Shown here: piece by piece, positions 24,701 through 37,693 of the stretch | How positions within the stretch are numbered: the first letter of the stretch is position 1 | Layout: each line of letters opens with the position of its first letter | Assembly (NCBI GenBank): GCA_964016885.1 | Contig: OZ024743.1 | Location: 133,424,001 to 133,488,000, forward strand | Direction: 5' to 3' | DNA: 64,000 bases | Source: Eledone cirrhosa | Lineage: Eukaryota | Notes under the pieces: model-generated | Seen by the model: only the letters and a program-made list of their open reading frames with translations | The model's database searches: none | Told to the model about the DNA's origin: nothing | Made by a program: the position numbers and the translations under genes

Positions 24701-26900
24701 CGTGCTTGGTGTTTGGTGTTTGGTGCTTGGTGCCTGGTGCTTGTTGTTTGGTGCTTAGTGCTTGGTGTTTGGTGTTTGGTGCTTGGTGCTTGGTGGCTGG
24801 TGCTTGGTGCTTGGTGTTTGGAGTTTGGTGCTTGGTGCTCGGTGCCTGGTGTTTCGTGCTTAATGCTTGGTGCTTGGTGTTTGGTGTTTGGTGCTTGGTG
24901 TTTGGTGTTTGGTACTTGGTGCTTGGTGCCTGGTGTTTGGTGCTTGGTATTTGATGCTGCGTGCTTGGTGTTTGGTGTTTGGTGCTTGGTGCTTGGTGTT
25001 TGGTGTTTGGAGCTTGGTGCCTGCTGCTTGTTGTTTGGTGTTTGGTGCTTGGTGCTTGGTGCTTGATATCTGGTGTTTGGTGCTTGATGTTTGGTGTTTG
25101 GTGCTTGGTGCTTGGTGCTTGGTGTTTGGTGTTTGGTGCTTGGTGCTTGGTGTTTGGTGCTTGGTGTTTGGTGTTTGGTGTTTGATGCTTGGTGTTTGCT
25201 GCTTGGTGCTTGGTGCTTGGTGTTTTGCGTTTGGTGCTTGGTGCTTGTTGTTTGGTGCTTGGTGCTTGGTGATTAGTGTTTGGTGCTTGGTGCTTGCGGT
25301 TTGATGTTTGGTGCTTGGGGTTTGGTGTTTGGTGCTTTGTGCTTGGTGTTTGGTGCTTGGTGCTTGGTGCTTGGTGTTTGGTGCCTGGTGCTTGGTGTCT
25401 GGTGCTTGGTGCTTGGTGTTTGGTGCTTGGTGTTTGGTGTTTGGTGCTTGGTGCTTGGTGCTTGGTGTTAGGTGTTTGGTGCTTGGTGCTTGGTGTTTGA
25501 TGTTTGGTCCTTGGTGCGTGGTGTTTGGTGTTTGTTGCTTGGTGCTTGGTGTTTGGTGTTTGGTGCTTGCTGCTTGCTGCTTGGTGTTTGGTGCTTGGTG
25601 ATTGGTGCTTGGTGTTTTGTGCTTGGTGCTTGGTGTTTGGTGTTTGGTGCTAGGGGCTTGGTGCTTGGTGCTTGGTGTTTGGTGCTTGGTGCTTGCTGTT
25701 TGGTGCTTGGTGTTTGGTGCTTGGTGTTTGGGGCTTGGTGTTCGGTGCTTGGTGCTTGGTGCTTGGGGCTTGGTGTTTGGTGTTTGGTGCTTGGTGCTTG
25801 GTGTTTGATGTTGGGTCCTTGGTGCTTGGTGTTTGGTGTTTGGTGTTTGGTGTTTGGTGTTTGGTGCTTGGTGCTTGGTGTTTGGTGTTTGGTGCTTGGT
25901 GCTTGGGGCTTGGTGTTTGGTGCTTGGTGCTTGGTGTTTGGTGCTTCTGCTTGGGGCTTGGTAGTTGGTGCTTGGTGCTTGGTGCCTGGTGTTTGGTGTT
26001 TCGTGTTTGGTGCTTAGTGTATGGTGCTTGGTGCTTGGTGCTGGGTGGTTGGTGTTTGGTGCTTGGTGCTTGGTGTTTGGTGCTTGGTGCTTGGTGCTTG
26101 TTGTTTGGTGCTTGGTGCTTGGTGCTTCGTGATTGGTGCTTGGTGCTTGGTGTTTGGTGCTTGGTGCTTGGTGATTAGTGTTTGTTGCTTGGTGCTTGGG
26201 GTTTGGTGGTTGGTGCTTGGTGCTTGGTGTTTGGTGTTTGGTGTTTGGTGTTTGGTGTTTGCTGTATGGTGTTTGCTGTTTCATATTTGGTTTTTGCTGT
26301 TTGGTGTTTGGTGTTTGCTGTTTGGTGTTTGGTGTTTGGTGTTTGGTGCTTGGTGCTTGGTGCTTGGTGTTTGGCGTTTGGTGCTTGGTGCTTGGTGTTT
26401 GGTGCTTCGTGCTTGGTGTTTGGTGTTTGGTGCTTGGTGCCTGGTGCTTGTTGTATGGTGCTTGGTGCTTGGTGATTAGTGTTTGGTGCTTGGTGCTTGG
26501 TGTTTGGTGCTTGGTGTTTGGTGCTTGGTGCCTGGTGCTTGGTGTTTGGTGTTTGATGCTTGGTGTTTGGTGTTTGGTGTTTGGTACTTGGTGTTCGGTG
26601 CTTGGTGCTTGGTGCTTGGTGCTTGGTGTTTGGTGTTTGGTGCTTGGTGCTTGGTGTTTGATGTTTGGTCCTTGGTGCTTGGTGTTTGGTGTTGTGTGCT
26701 TGGTGCTTGGTGGTTGGTGTTTGGTGCTTGGTGCTTGGTGCTTAGTGTTTGGTGCTTGGTGTTTGATGCTGCGTGCTTGGTGTTTGGTGTTTGGTGCTTG
26801 GTGCTTGGTGTTTGGTGTTTGGAGCTTGGTGCCTGGTGCTTGTTGTTTGGTGTTTGGCGCTTGGTGCTTGGTGTTTGGTGTTTGGTGCTTGGTGCTTGGT
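15800..26900 (+). repeat. Older, diverged ~5.8-kb tandem duplication (~15.8-21.5 kb vs ~21.6-26.9 kb); boundaries approximate
   Basis: Collinear ORF pairs at offsets 5754 (15971/21725), 5782 (16230/22012), 5775 (17080/22855), 5829 (18166/23995), 5836 (18684/24520, 19440/25276) and 5787 (20391/26178). Confidence 0.75.
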
Positions 26901-29900
26901 GCTTGGTATCTGGTGTTTGGTGCTTGATGTTTGGTGTTTGGTGCTTGGTGTTTGGTGTTTGGTGCTTGGTGCTTGGTGTTTGGTGCTTGGTGTTTGGTGT
27001 TTGGTGTTTGATGCTTGGTGTTTGCTGCTTGGTGCTTGGTGCTTGGTGTTTTGTGTTTGGTGTTTGATGCTGCGTGCTTGGTGTTTGGTGTTTGGTGCTT
27101 GGTGCTTGGTGTTTGGTGTTTGGAGCTTCGTGCCTGGTGCTTGTTGTTTGGTGTTTGGCGCTTGGTGCTTGGTGTTTGGTGTTTGGTGCTTGGTGCTTGG
27201 TGCTTGGTGTTTGGTGTTTGGTGTTTGATGCTTGGTGTTTGCTGCTGGCTGCTTGCTGCTTGGTGTTTGGTGCTAGGGGCTTGGTGCTTGGTCCTTGGTG
27301 TTTGGTGCTTGGTGCTTGGTGCCTGGTGCTTGGTGCTTGGTGCTTGTTGTTTGGTGCTTGGTGCTTGGTGATTAGTGTTTGGTGCTTGGTGCTTGCGGTT
27401 TGGTGTTTGGTGCTTGGGGTTTGGTGTTTGGTGCTTGGTGCTTGGTGTTTGGTGCTTGGTGCTTGGTGCCTGGTGCTTGGTGCTTGGTGCTTGTTGTTTG
27501 GTTCTTGGTGCTTGGTGATTAGTGTTTGGTGCTTGGTGCTTGCGGTTTGGTGTTTGGTGCTTGGGGTTTGGTGTTTGGTGCTTGGTGCTTGGTGTTTGGT
27601 GCTTGGTGCTTGGTGCTTGGTGTTTGGTGCTTGGTGCTTGGTGTTTGGTGCTTGGTGCTTGGTGTTTGGTGTTTGGCGTTTGCTGTTTGCTGTTTGGTGT
27701 TTGGTGTTTGCTGTTTGGTGCTTGGTGCTTGGTGTTTGGTGTTTGGTGTTTGGTGCTTGGTGCTTGGTGTTTGGTGCTTGGTGCTTGGTGCTGGGTGTTT
27801 GGTGCTTGGTGCTTGGTGTTTGGTGCTTGGTGCTTGGTGCTTGGTGTTTGGTCCTTGGTGCTTGGTGCTTGGTCTTTGGTGCTTGTGTTTTGGTGTTTGG
27901 TGCTTGGTGCTTGGTGTTTGGTGCTTGGTTCTTGGTGCTTGGTGCTTGGTGTTTGTTGATTGCTGCTTGGTGCTTGGTGTTTGGTGCTTGGTGCTTGGTG
28001 ACTATTGTTTGGTGATTGGTGCTTGGGGTTTGCTGTTTGGTGCTTGGTGCTTGGTGTTTGGTGTTTGGTGTTTGGTGTTTGGTGCTTGGTGCTTGGTGTT
28101 TGGTGCTTGGTGCTTGGTGCTGGGTGTTTGGTGCTTGGTGCTTGCTGTTTGGTGTTTGGTGTTTGGTTCTTGGTGCTTGGTGTTTGGTGTTTGGTGTTTG
28201 GTGCTTGGTGCTTGGTGTTTGGTGCTTGGTGCTTGGTGCTTGGTGTTTGGTGCTGCGTGCTTGGTGTTTGGTGTTTGGTGCTTGGTGCCTGGTGCTTGTT
28301 GTTTGGTGCTTAGTGCTTGGTGTTTGGTGTTTGGTGCTTGGTGCTTGGTGGCTGGTGCTTGGTGCTTGGTGTTTGGAGTTTGGTGCTTGGTGCTTGGTGC
28401 CTGGTGTTTCGTGCTTGGTGCTTGGTGTTTGGTGTTTGGTGCTTGGTGTTTGGTGTTTGGTACTTGGTGCTTGGTGCTTGGTGCTTGGTGTTTGGTGCTT
28501 GGTGTTTGATGCTGCGTGCTTGGTGTTTGGTGTTTGGTGCTTGGTGTTTTGTGTTTGGTGTTTGGAGCTTGGTGCCTGCTGCTTGTTGTTTGGTGTTTGG
28601 TGCTTGGTGCTTGGTGCTTGGTATCTGGTGTTTGGTGCTTGATGTCTGGTGTTTGGTGCTTGGTGCTTTGTGCTTGGTGTTTGGTGTTTGGTGCTTGGTG
28701 CTTGGTGTTTGGTGCTTGGTGTTTGGTGTTTGGTGTTTGATGCTTGGTGTTTGCTGCTTGGTGCTTGGTGTTTGGTGCTTGGTGTTTGATGCTGCGTGCT
28801 TGGTGTTTGGTGTTTGGTGCTTGGTGCTTGGTGTTTGGTGTTTGGAGCTTGGTGCCTGCTGCTTGTTGTTTGGTGTTTGGTGCTTGGTGCTTGGTGCTTG
28901 GTATCTGGTGTTTGGTGCTTGATGTCTGGTGTTTGGTGCTTGGTGCTTGGTGCTTGGTGTTTTGTGTTTGGTGCTTGGTGCTTGGTGCCTGGTGCTTGTT
29001 GCTTGGTGCTTGTTGATTGGTGCTTGGTGCTTGGTGATTAGTGTTTGGTGCTTGGTGTGTGCGGTTTGATGTTTGGTGCTTGGGGTTTGGTGTTTGGTGC
29101 TTGGTGCTTGGTGTTTGGTGCTTGGTGCTTGGTGCTTGGTGCTTGGTGCTTGGTGTTTGGTGCTTGGTGCTTGGTGTTTGGTGCTTGGTGCTTGGTGTTT
29201 GGTGCTTGGTGTTTGGTGCTTGGTGCTTGGTGCTTTGTGCTTGGTGTTAGGTGTTTGGTGCTTGGTGCTTGGTGTTTGATGTTTGGTCCTTGGTGCTTGG
29301 TGTTTGGTGTTTGTTGCTTGGTGCTTGGTGTTTGGTGTTTGGTGCTTGCTGCTTGCTGCTTGGTGTTTGGTGCTTGGTGATTGGTGCTTGGTGTTTTGTG
29401 CTTGGTGCTTGGTGTTTGGTGTTTGGTGCTAGGGGCTTGGTGCTTCGTGCTTGGTGTTTGGTGCTTGGTGCTTGCTGTTTGGTGTTTGGTGCTTGGTGCG
29501 TGGGACTTAGTGTTTGGTGTTTGGTGCTTGGTGTTTGGTGCTTGGTGTTTGGTGCTTGGTGTTTGATGTTGGGTCCTTGGTGCTTGGTGTTTGGTGTTTG
29601 GTGCTTGGTGTTTGGTGTTTGGTGCTTGGTGCTTGGTGTTTGGTGTTTGGTGCTTGGTGCATGGGGCTTGGTGTTTGGTGCTTGGTGCTTGGTGTTTGGT
29701 GCTTCTGCTTGGGGCTTGGTAGTTGGTGCTTGGTGCCTGGTGTTTGGTGTTTGGTGTTTGGTGCTTGGTGTATGGTGCTTGGTGCTGGGTGGTTGGTGTT
29801 TGGTGCTTGGTGCTTGGTGTTTGGTGTTTGGTGCTTGGTGCTTGGTGCTTGTTGTTTGGTGCTTGGTGCTTGGTGCTTGGTCTTTGGTGCATGGTGTTTG

Positions 29901-32900
29901 GTGTTTGGCGCTTGGTGCTTGGTGCTTCGTGATTGGTGCTTGGGGTTTGGTGGTTGGTGCTTGGTGCTTGGTGTTTGGTGTTTGGTGTTTGCTGTTTGGT
30001 GTCTGCTTTTTGGTGTTTGGTGTTTGCTGTATGGTGTTTGCTGTTTCGTATTTGGTTTTTGCTGTTTGGTGTTTGGTGTTTGCTGTTTGGTGTTTGGTGT
30101 TTGGTGTTTGGTGCTTGGTGCTTGGTGCTTGGTGTTTGGCGTTTGGTGCTTGGTGCTTGGTGTTTGGTGCTTTGTGCTTGGTGTTTGGTGTTTGGTGCTT
30201 GGTGCCTGGTGCTTGTTGTATGGTGTTTGGTGCTTGGTGCTTGGTGTTTGGTGTTTATGTTTTGGTGCTTGGTGCTTGGTGTTTTGTGTTTGGTGATTGG
30301 TGCTTGGTGCCTGGTGCTTGGTGCTTGGTGCTTGTTGTTTGGTGCTTGGTGCTTGGTGATTAGTGTTTGGTGCTTGGTGCTTGCGGTTTGGTGTTTGGTG
30401 CTTGGGGTTTGGTGCTTGGTGCTTGGTGCTTGGTGTTTGGTGCTTGGTGCTTGGTGTTTGGTGCTTGGTGCTTGGTGTTTGGTGTTTGGCGTTTGCTGTT
30501 TGCTGTTTGCTGTTTGGTGCTTGCTGTTTGGTGCTTGGTGCTTGGTGTTTGTTGTTTGGTGTTTTGTGCTTGGTGCTTGGTGTTTGGTGCTTGGTGCTTG
30601 GTGCTGTGTGTTTGGTGCTTGGTGCTTGGTGTTTGGTGCTTGGTGCTTGGTGCTTGGTGTTTGCTCCTTGGTGTTTGGTGTTTGGTGTTTGGTGCTTGGT
30701 GCTTGGTGTTTGGTGCTTGGTGTTTGGTGTTTGGTGTTTGATGGTTGGTGTTTGCTGCTTGGTGCTTGGTGCTTGGTGTTTTGTGTTTGGTGTTTGATGC
30801 TGCGTGCTTGGTGTTTGGTGTTTGGTGCGTGGTGCTTGGTGTTTGGTGTTTGGAGCTTGGTGCCTGGTGCTTGTTGTTTGGTGTTTGGCGCTTGGTGCTT
30901 GGTGTTTGGTGTTTGGTGCTTGGTGCTTGGTGCTTGGTATCTGGTGTTTGGTGCTTGATGTTTGGTGTTTGGTGCTTGGTGTTTGGTGTTTGGTGCTTGG
31001 TGCTTGGTGTTTGGTGCTTGGTGTTTGGTGTTTGGTGATTGATGCTTGGTGTTTGCTGCTTGCTGCTTGCTGCTTGGTGTTTGGTGCTAGGGGCTTGGTG
31101 CTTGGTGCTTGGTGTTTGTTGCTTGGTGCTTGGTGCCTGGTGCTTGGTGCTTGGTGCTTGTTGTTTGGTGCTTGGTGCTTGGTGATTAGTGTTTGGTGCT
31201 TGGTGCTTGCGGTTTGGTGTTTGGTGCTTGGGGTTTGGTGTTTGGTGCTTGGTGCTTGGTGTTTGGTGCTTGGTGCTTGGTGCTTGGTGTTTAGTGCTTG
31301 GTGTTTGGTGCTTGGTGCTTGGTGTTTGGTGTTTGGCGTTTGCTGTTTGCTGTTTGGTGTTTGGTGTTTGCTGTTTGGTGTTTGCTGTTTGGTGTTTGCT
31401 GTTTGGTTTTTGGTGTTTGGTGCTTGCTGTTTGGTGCTTGGTGCTTGGTGTTTGGTGTTCGGTGCTTGGTGCTTGGTGCTTGGTGTTTGGTGCTTGGTGC
31501 TGGGTGTTTGGTGCTTGGTGCTTGGTGTTTGGTGCTTGGTGCTTGGTGCTTGGTGTTTGGTCCTTGGTGCATGGTGCTTGGTCTTTGGTGCTAGGGTTGT
31601 GGTGTTTGGTGCTTGGTGCTTGGTGTTTGGTGCTTGGTTCTTGGTGCTTGGTGCTTGGTGTTTGGTGATTGCTGCTTGGTGCTTGGTGTTTGGTGCTTGG
31701 TGCTTGGTGATTAGTGTTTGGTCATTGGTGCTTGGGGTTTGCTGTTTGGTGCTTGGTGTTTGGTGCTTGGTGCTTGCTGTTTGGTGTTTGGTGTTTGGTT
31801 CTTGGTGCTTGGTGTTTGGTGTTTGGTGTTTGGTGCTTGGTGCTTGGTGCTTGGTGTTTGGTGCTTGTTGCTTGGTGCTTGGTGTTTGGTGCTGCGTGCT
31901 TGGTGTTTGGTGTTTGGTGCTTGGTGCCTGGTGCTTGTTGTTTGGTGCTTAGTGCTTGGTGTTTGGTGTTTGGTGCTTGGTGCTTGGTGGCTGGTGCTTG
32001 GTGCTTGGTGTTTGGAGTTTGGTGCTTGGTGCTCGGTGCCTGGTGTTTCGTGCTTGGTGCTTGGTGCTTGGTGTTTGGTGTTTGGTGCTTGGTGTTTGGT
32101 GTTTGGTACTTGGTGCTTGGTGCCTGGTGTTTGGTGCTTGGTATTTGATGCTGCGTGCTTGGTGTTTGGTGTTTGGTGCTTGGTGCTTGGTGTTTGGTGT
32201 TTGGAGCTTGGTGCCTGCTGCATGTTGTTTGGTGTTTGGTGCTTGGTGCTTGGTGCTTGGTATCTGGTGTTTGGTGCTTGATGTTTGGTGTGTGGTGCTT
32301 GGTGCTTGGTGCTTGGTGTTTGGTGTTTGGTGCTTGGTGCTTGGTGTTTGGTGCTTGGTGTTTGGTGTTTGGTGTTTGATGCTTGGTGTTTGCTGCTTGG
32401 TGCTTGGTGCTTGGTGTTTTGCGTTTGGTGCTTGGTGCTTGTTGTTTGGTGCTTGGTGCTTGGTGATTAGTGTTTGGTGCTTGGTGCTTGCGGTTTGATG
32501 TTTGGTGCTTGGGGTTTGGTGTTTGGTGCTTTGTGCTTGGTGTTTGGTGCTTGGTGCTTGGTGCTTGGTGTTTGGTGCTTGGTGCTTGGTGTCTGGTGCT
32601 TGGTGCTTGGTGTTTGGTGCTTGGTGTTTGGTGTTTGGTGCTTGGTGCTTGGTGCTTGGTGTTAGGTGTTTGGTGCTTGGTGCTTGGTGTTTGATGTTTG
32701 GTCCTTGGTGCGTGGTGTTTGGTGTTTGTTGCTTGGTGCTTGGTGTTTGGTGTTTGGTGCTTGCTGCTTGCTGCTTGGTGTTTGGTGCTTGGTGATTGGT
32801 GCTTGGTGTTTTGTGCTTGGTGCTTGGTGTTTGGTGTTTGGTGCTAGGGGCTTGGTGCTTGGTGCTTGGTGTTTGGTGCTTGGTGCTTGCTGTTTGGTGC

Positions 32901-35900
32901 TTGGTGTTTGGTGCTTGGTGTTTGGGGCTTGGTGTTCGGTGCTTGGTGCTTGGTGCTTGGGGCTTGGTGTTTGGTGTTTGGTGCTTGGTGCTTGGTGTTT
33001 GATGTTGGGTCCTTGGTGCTTGGTGTTTGGTGTTTGGTGTTTGGTGTTTGGTGTTTGGTGCTTGGTGCTTGGTGTTTGGTGTTTGGTGCTTGGTGCTTGG
33101 GGCTTGGTGTTTGGTGCTTGGTGCTTGGTGTTTGGTGCTTCTGCTTGGGGCTTGGTAGTTGGTGCTTGGTGCTTGGTGCCTGGTGTTTGGTGTTTCGTGT
33201 TTGGTGCTTAGTGTATGGTGCTTGGTGCTTGGTGCTGGGTGGTTGGTGTTTGGTGCTTGGTGCTTGGTGTTTGGTGCTTGGTGCTTGGTGCTTGTTGTTT
33301 GGTGCTTGGTGCTTGGTGCTTCGTGATTGGTGCTTGGTGCTTGGTGTTTGGTGCTTGGTGCTTGGTGATTAGTGTTTGTTGCTTGGTGCTTGGGGTTTGG
33401 TGGTTGGTGCTTGGTGCTTGGTGTTTGGTGTTTGGTGTTTGGTGTTTGGTGTTTGCTGTATGGTGTTTGCTGTTTCATATTTGGTTTTTGCTGTTTGGTG
33501 TTTGGTGTTTGCTGTTTGGTGTTTGGTGTTTGGTGTTTGGTGCTTGGTGCTTGGTGCTTGGTGTTTGGCGTTTGGTGCTTGGTGCTTGGTGTTTGGTGCT
33601 TCGTGCTTGGTGTTTGGTGTTTGGTGCTTGGTGCCTGGTGCTTGTTGTATGGTGCTTGGTGCTTGGTGATTAGTGTTTGGTGCTTGGTGCTTGGTGTTTG
33701 GTGCTTGGTGTTTGGTGCTTGGTGCCTGGTGCTTGATGTTTGGTGTTTGATGCTTGGTGTTTGGTGTTTGGTGTTTGGTACTTGGTGTTCGGTGCTTGGT
33801 GCTTGGTGCTTGGTGCTTGGTGTTTGGTGTTTGGTGCTTGGTGCTTGGTGTTTGATGTTTGGTCCTTGGTGCTTGGTGTTTGTTATTGTGTGCTTGGTGC
33901 TTGGTGGTTGGTGTTTGGTGCTTGGTGCTTGGTGCTTGGTGTTTGGTGCTTGGTGTTTGATGCTGCGTGCTTGGTGTTTGGTGTTTGGTGCTTGGTGCTT
34001 GGTGTTTGGTGTTTGGAGCTTGGTGCCTGGTGCTTGTTGTTTGGTGTTTGGCGCTTGGTGCTTGGTGTTTGGTGTTTGGTGCTTGGTGCTTGGTGCTTGG
34101 TATCTGGTGTTTGGTGCTTGATGTTTGGTGTTTGGTGCTTGGTGTTTGGTGTTTGGTGCTTGGTGCTTGGTGTTTGGTGCTTGGTGTTTGGTGTTTGGTG
34201 TTTGATGCTTGGTGTTTGCTGCTTGGTGCTTGGTGCTTGGTGTTTTGTGTTTGGTGTTTGATGCTGCGTGCTTGGTGTTTGGTGTTTGGTGCTTGGTGCT
34301 TGGTGTTTGGTGTTTGGAGCTTGGTGCCTGGTGCTTGTTGTTTGGTGTTTGGCGCTTGGTGCTTGGTGTTTGGTGTTTGGTGCTTGGTGCTTGGTGCTTG
34401 GTGTTTGGTGTTTGGTGTTTGATGCTTGGTGTTTGCTGCTGGCTGCTTGCTGCTTGGTGTTTGGTGCTAGGGGCTTGGTGCTTGGTCCTTGGTGTTTGGT
34501 GCTTGGTGCTTGGTGCCTGGTGCTTGGTGCTTGGTGCTTGTTGTTTGGTGCTTGGTGCTTGGTGATTAGTGTTTGGTGCTTGGTGCTTGCGGTTTGGTGT
34601 TTGGTGCTTGGGGTTTGGTGTTTGGTGCTTGGTGCTTGGTGTTTGGTGCTTGGTGCTTGGTGCCTGGTGCTTGGTGCTTGGTGCTTGTTGTTTGGTGCTT
34701 GGTGCTTGGTGATTAGTGTTTGGTGCTTGGTGCTTGCGGTTTGGTGTTTGGTGCTTGGGGTTTGGTGTTTGGTGCTTGGTGCTTGGTGTTTGGTGCTTGG
34801 TGCTTGGTGCTTGGTGTTTGGTGCTTGGTGCTTGGTGTTTGGTGCTTGGTGCTTGGTGTTTGGTGTTTGGCGTTTGCTGTTTGCTGTTTGGTGTTTGGTG
34901 TTTGCTGTTTGGTGCTTGGTGCTTGGTGTTTGGTGTTTGGTGTTTGGTGCTTGGTGCTTGGTGTTTGGTGCTTGGTGCTTGGTGCTGGGTGTTTGGTGCT
35001 TGGTGCTTGGTGTTTGGTGCTTGGTGCTTGGTGCTTGGTGTTTGGTCCTTGGTGCTTGGTGCTTGGTCTTTGGTGCTTGTGTTTTGGTGTTTGGTGCTTG
35101 GTGCTTGGTGTTTGGTGCTTGGTTCTTGGTGCTTGGTGCTTGGTGTTTGTTGATTGCTGCTTGGTGCTTGGTGTTTGGTGCTTGGTGCTTGGTGACTAGT
35201 GTTTGGTGATTGGTGCTTGGGGTTTGCTGTTTGGTGCTTGGTGCTTGGTGTTTGGTGTTTGGTGTTTGGTGTTTGGTGCTTGGTGCTTGGTGTTTGGTGC
35301 TTGGTGCTTGGTGCTGGGTGTTTGGTGCTTGGTGCTTGCTGTTTGGTGTTTGGTGTTTGGTTCTTGGTGCTTGGTGTTTGGTGTTTGGTGTTTGGTGCTT
35401 GGTGCTTGGTGTTTGGTGCTTGGTGCTTGGTGCTTGGTGTTTGGTGCTGCGTGCTTGGTGTTTGGTGTTTGGTGCTTGGTGCCTGGTGCTTGTTGTTTGG
35501 TGCTTAGTGCTTGGTGTTTGGTGTTTGGTGCTTGGTGCTTGGTGGCTGGTGCTTGGTGCTTGGTGTTTGGAGTTTGGTGCTTGGTGCTTGGTGCCTGGTG
35601 TTTCGTGCTTGGTGCTTGGTGTTTGGTGTTTGGTGCTTGGTGTTTGGTGTTTGGTACTTGGTGCTTGGTGCTTGGTGCTTGGTGTTTGGTGCTTGGTGTT
35701 TGATGCTGCGTGCTTGGTGTTTGGTGTTTGGTGCTTGGTGCTTGGTGTTTGGTGTTTGGAGCTTGGTGCCTGCTGCTTGTTGTTTGGTGTTTGGTGCTTG
35801 GTGCTTGGTGCTTGGTATCTGGTGTTTGGTGCTTGATGTCTGGTGTTTGGTGCTTGGTGCTTGGTGCTTGGTGTTTGGTGTTTGGTGCTTGGTGCTTGGT

Positions 35901-37693
35901 GTTTGGTGCTTGGTGTTTGGTGTTTGGTGTTTGATGCTTGGTGTTTGCTGCTTGGTGCTTGGTGTTTGGTGCTTGGTGTTTGATGCTGCGTGCTTGGTGT
36001 TTGGTGTTTGGTGCTTGGTGCTTGGTGTTTGGTGTTTGGAGCTTGGTGCCTGCTGCTTGTTGTTTGGTGTTTGGTGCTTGGTGCTTGGTGCTTGGTATCT
36101 GGTGTTTGGTGCTTGATGTCTGGTGTTTGGTGCTTGGTGCTTGGTGCTTGGTGTTTTGTGTTTGGTGCTTGGTGCTTGGTGCCTGGTGCTTGTTGCTTGG
36201 TGCTTGTTGATTGGTGCTTGGTGCTTGGTGATTAGTGTTTGGTGCTTGGTGTGTGCGGTTTGATGTTTGGTGCTTGGGGTTTGGTGTTTGGTGCTTGGTG
36301 CTTGGTGTTTGGTGCTTGGTGCTTGGTGCTTGGTGCTTGGTGCTTGGTGTTTGGTGCTTGGTGCTTGGTGTTTGGTGCTTGGTGTTTGGTGCTTGGTGCT
36401 TGGTGCTTGGTGCTTGGTGTTTGGTGTTTGGTGCTAGGGGCTTGGTGCTTCGTGCTTGGTGTTTGGTGCTTGGTGCTTGCTGTTTGGTGTTTGGTGCTTG
36501 GTGCGTGGGACTTAGTGTTTGGTGTTTGGTGCTTGGTGTTTGGTGCTTGGTGTTTGGTGCTTGGTGTTTGATGTTGGGTCCTTGGTGCTTGGTGTTTGGT
36601 GTTTGGTGCTTGGTGTTTGGTGTTTGGTGCTTGGTGCTTGGTGTTTGGTGTTTGGTGCTTGGTGCATGGGGCTTGGTGTTTGGTGCTTGGTGCTTGGTGT
36701 TTGGTGCTTCTGCTTGGGGCTTGGTAGTTGGTGCTTGGTGCCTGGTGTTTGGTGTTTGGTGTTTGGTGCTTGGTGTATGGTGCTTGGTGCTGGGTGGTTG
36801 GTGTTTGGTGCTTGGTGCTTGGTGTTTGGTGTTTCGTGCTTGGTGCTTGGTGCTTGTTGTTTGGTGCTTGGTGCTTGGTGCTTGGTCTTTGGTGCATGGT
36901 GTTTGGTGTTTGGCGCTTGGTGCTTGGTGCTTCGTGATTGGTGCTTGGGGTTTGGTGGTTGGTGCTTGGTGCTTGGTGTTTGGTGTTTGGTGTTTGGTGT
37001 TTGCTGTTTGCTGTTTGGTGTCTGCTTTTTGGTGTTTGGTGTTTGCTGTATGGTGTTTGCTGTTTCGTATTTGGTTTTTGCTGTTTGGTGTTTGGTGTTT
37101 GCTGTTTGGTGTTTGGTGTTTGGTGTTTGGTGCTTGGTGCTTGGTGCTTGGTGTTTGGCGTTTGGTGCTTGGTGCTTGGTGTTTGGTGCTTCGTGCTTGG
37201 TGTTTGGTGTTTGGTGCTTGGTGCCTGGTGCTTGTTGTATGGTGTTTGGTGCTTGGTGCTTGGTGTTTGGTGTTTGTGTTTTGGTGCTTGGTGCTTGGTG
37301 TTTTGTGTTTGGTGATTGGTGCTTGGTGCCTGGTGCTTGGTGCTTGGTGCTTGTTGTTTGGTGCTTGGTGCTTGGTGATTAGTGTTTGGTGCTTGGTGCT
37401 TGCGGTTTGGTGTTTGGTGCTTGGGGTTTGGTGCTTGGTGCTTGGTGCTTAGTGTTTGGTGCTTGGTGCTTGGTGTTTGGTGCTTGGTGCTTGGTGTTTG
37501 GTGTTTGGCGTTTGCTGTTTGCTGTTTGCTGTTTGGTGCTTGCTGTTTGGTGCTTGGTGCTTGGTGTTTGTTGTTTGGTGTTTTGTGCTTGGTGCTTGGT
37601 GTTTGGTGCTTGGTGCTTGGTGCTGTGTGTTTGGTGCTTGGTGCTTGGTGTTTGGTGCTTGGTGCTTGGTGCTTGGTGTTTGCTCCTTGGTGT
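23481..37693 (+). repeat. Large recent tandem duplication, unit 7194 bp: 23481-30674 and 30675-37693
   Basis: TTGATGG at 23544/30738. ORFs are offset 7194 (23610/30804, 26021/33215, 27074/34268, 29038/36232), then 7005 after a net 189-bp loss, then 7019 (30363/37382; TTGCTCC 30661/37680). 7194 = 1028x7 - 2, which matches the two 6-bp TTCTGC monomers inside the unit. Confidence 0.95.
27295..27588 (+). repeat. 147-bp (21-monomer) local tandem duplication, also present in the sister copy at ~34489-34782
   Basis: TTGGTGA-TTAGTGT at 27365 and 27512, each with the same CTGGTGC...TTGTTGT upstream and TTGCGGT...TTGGGGT downstream. Confidence 0.8.
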
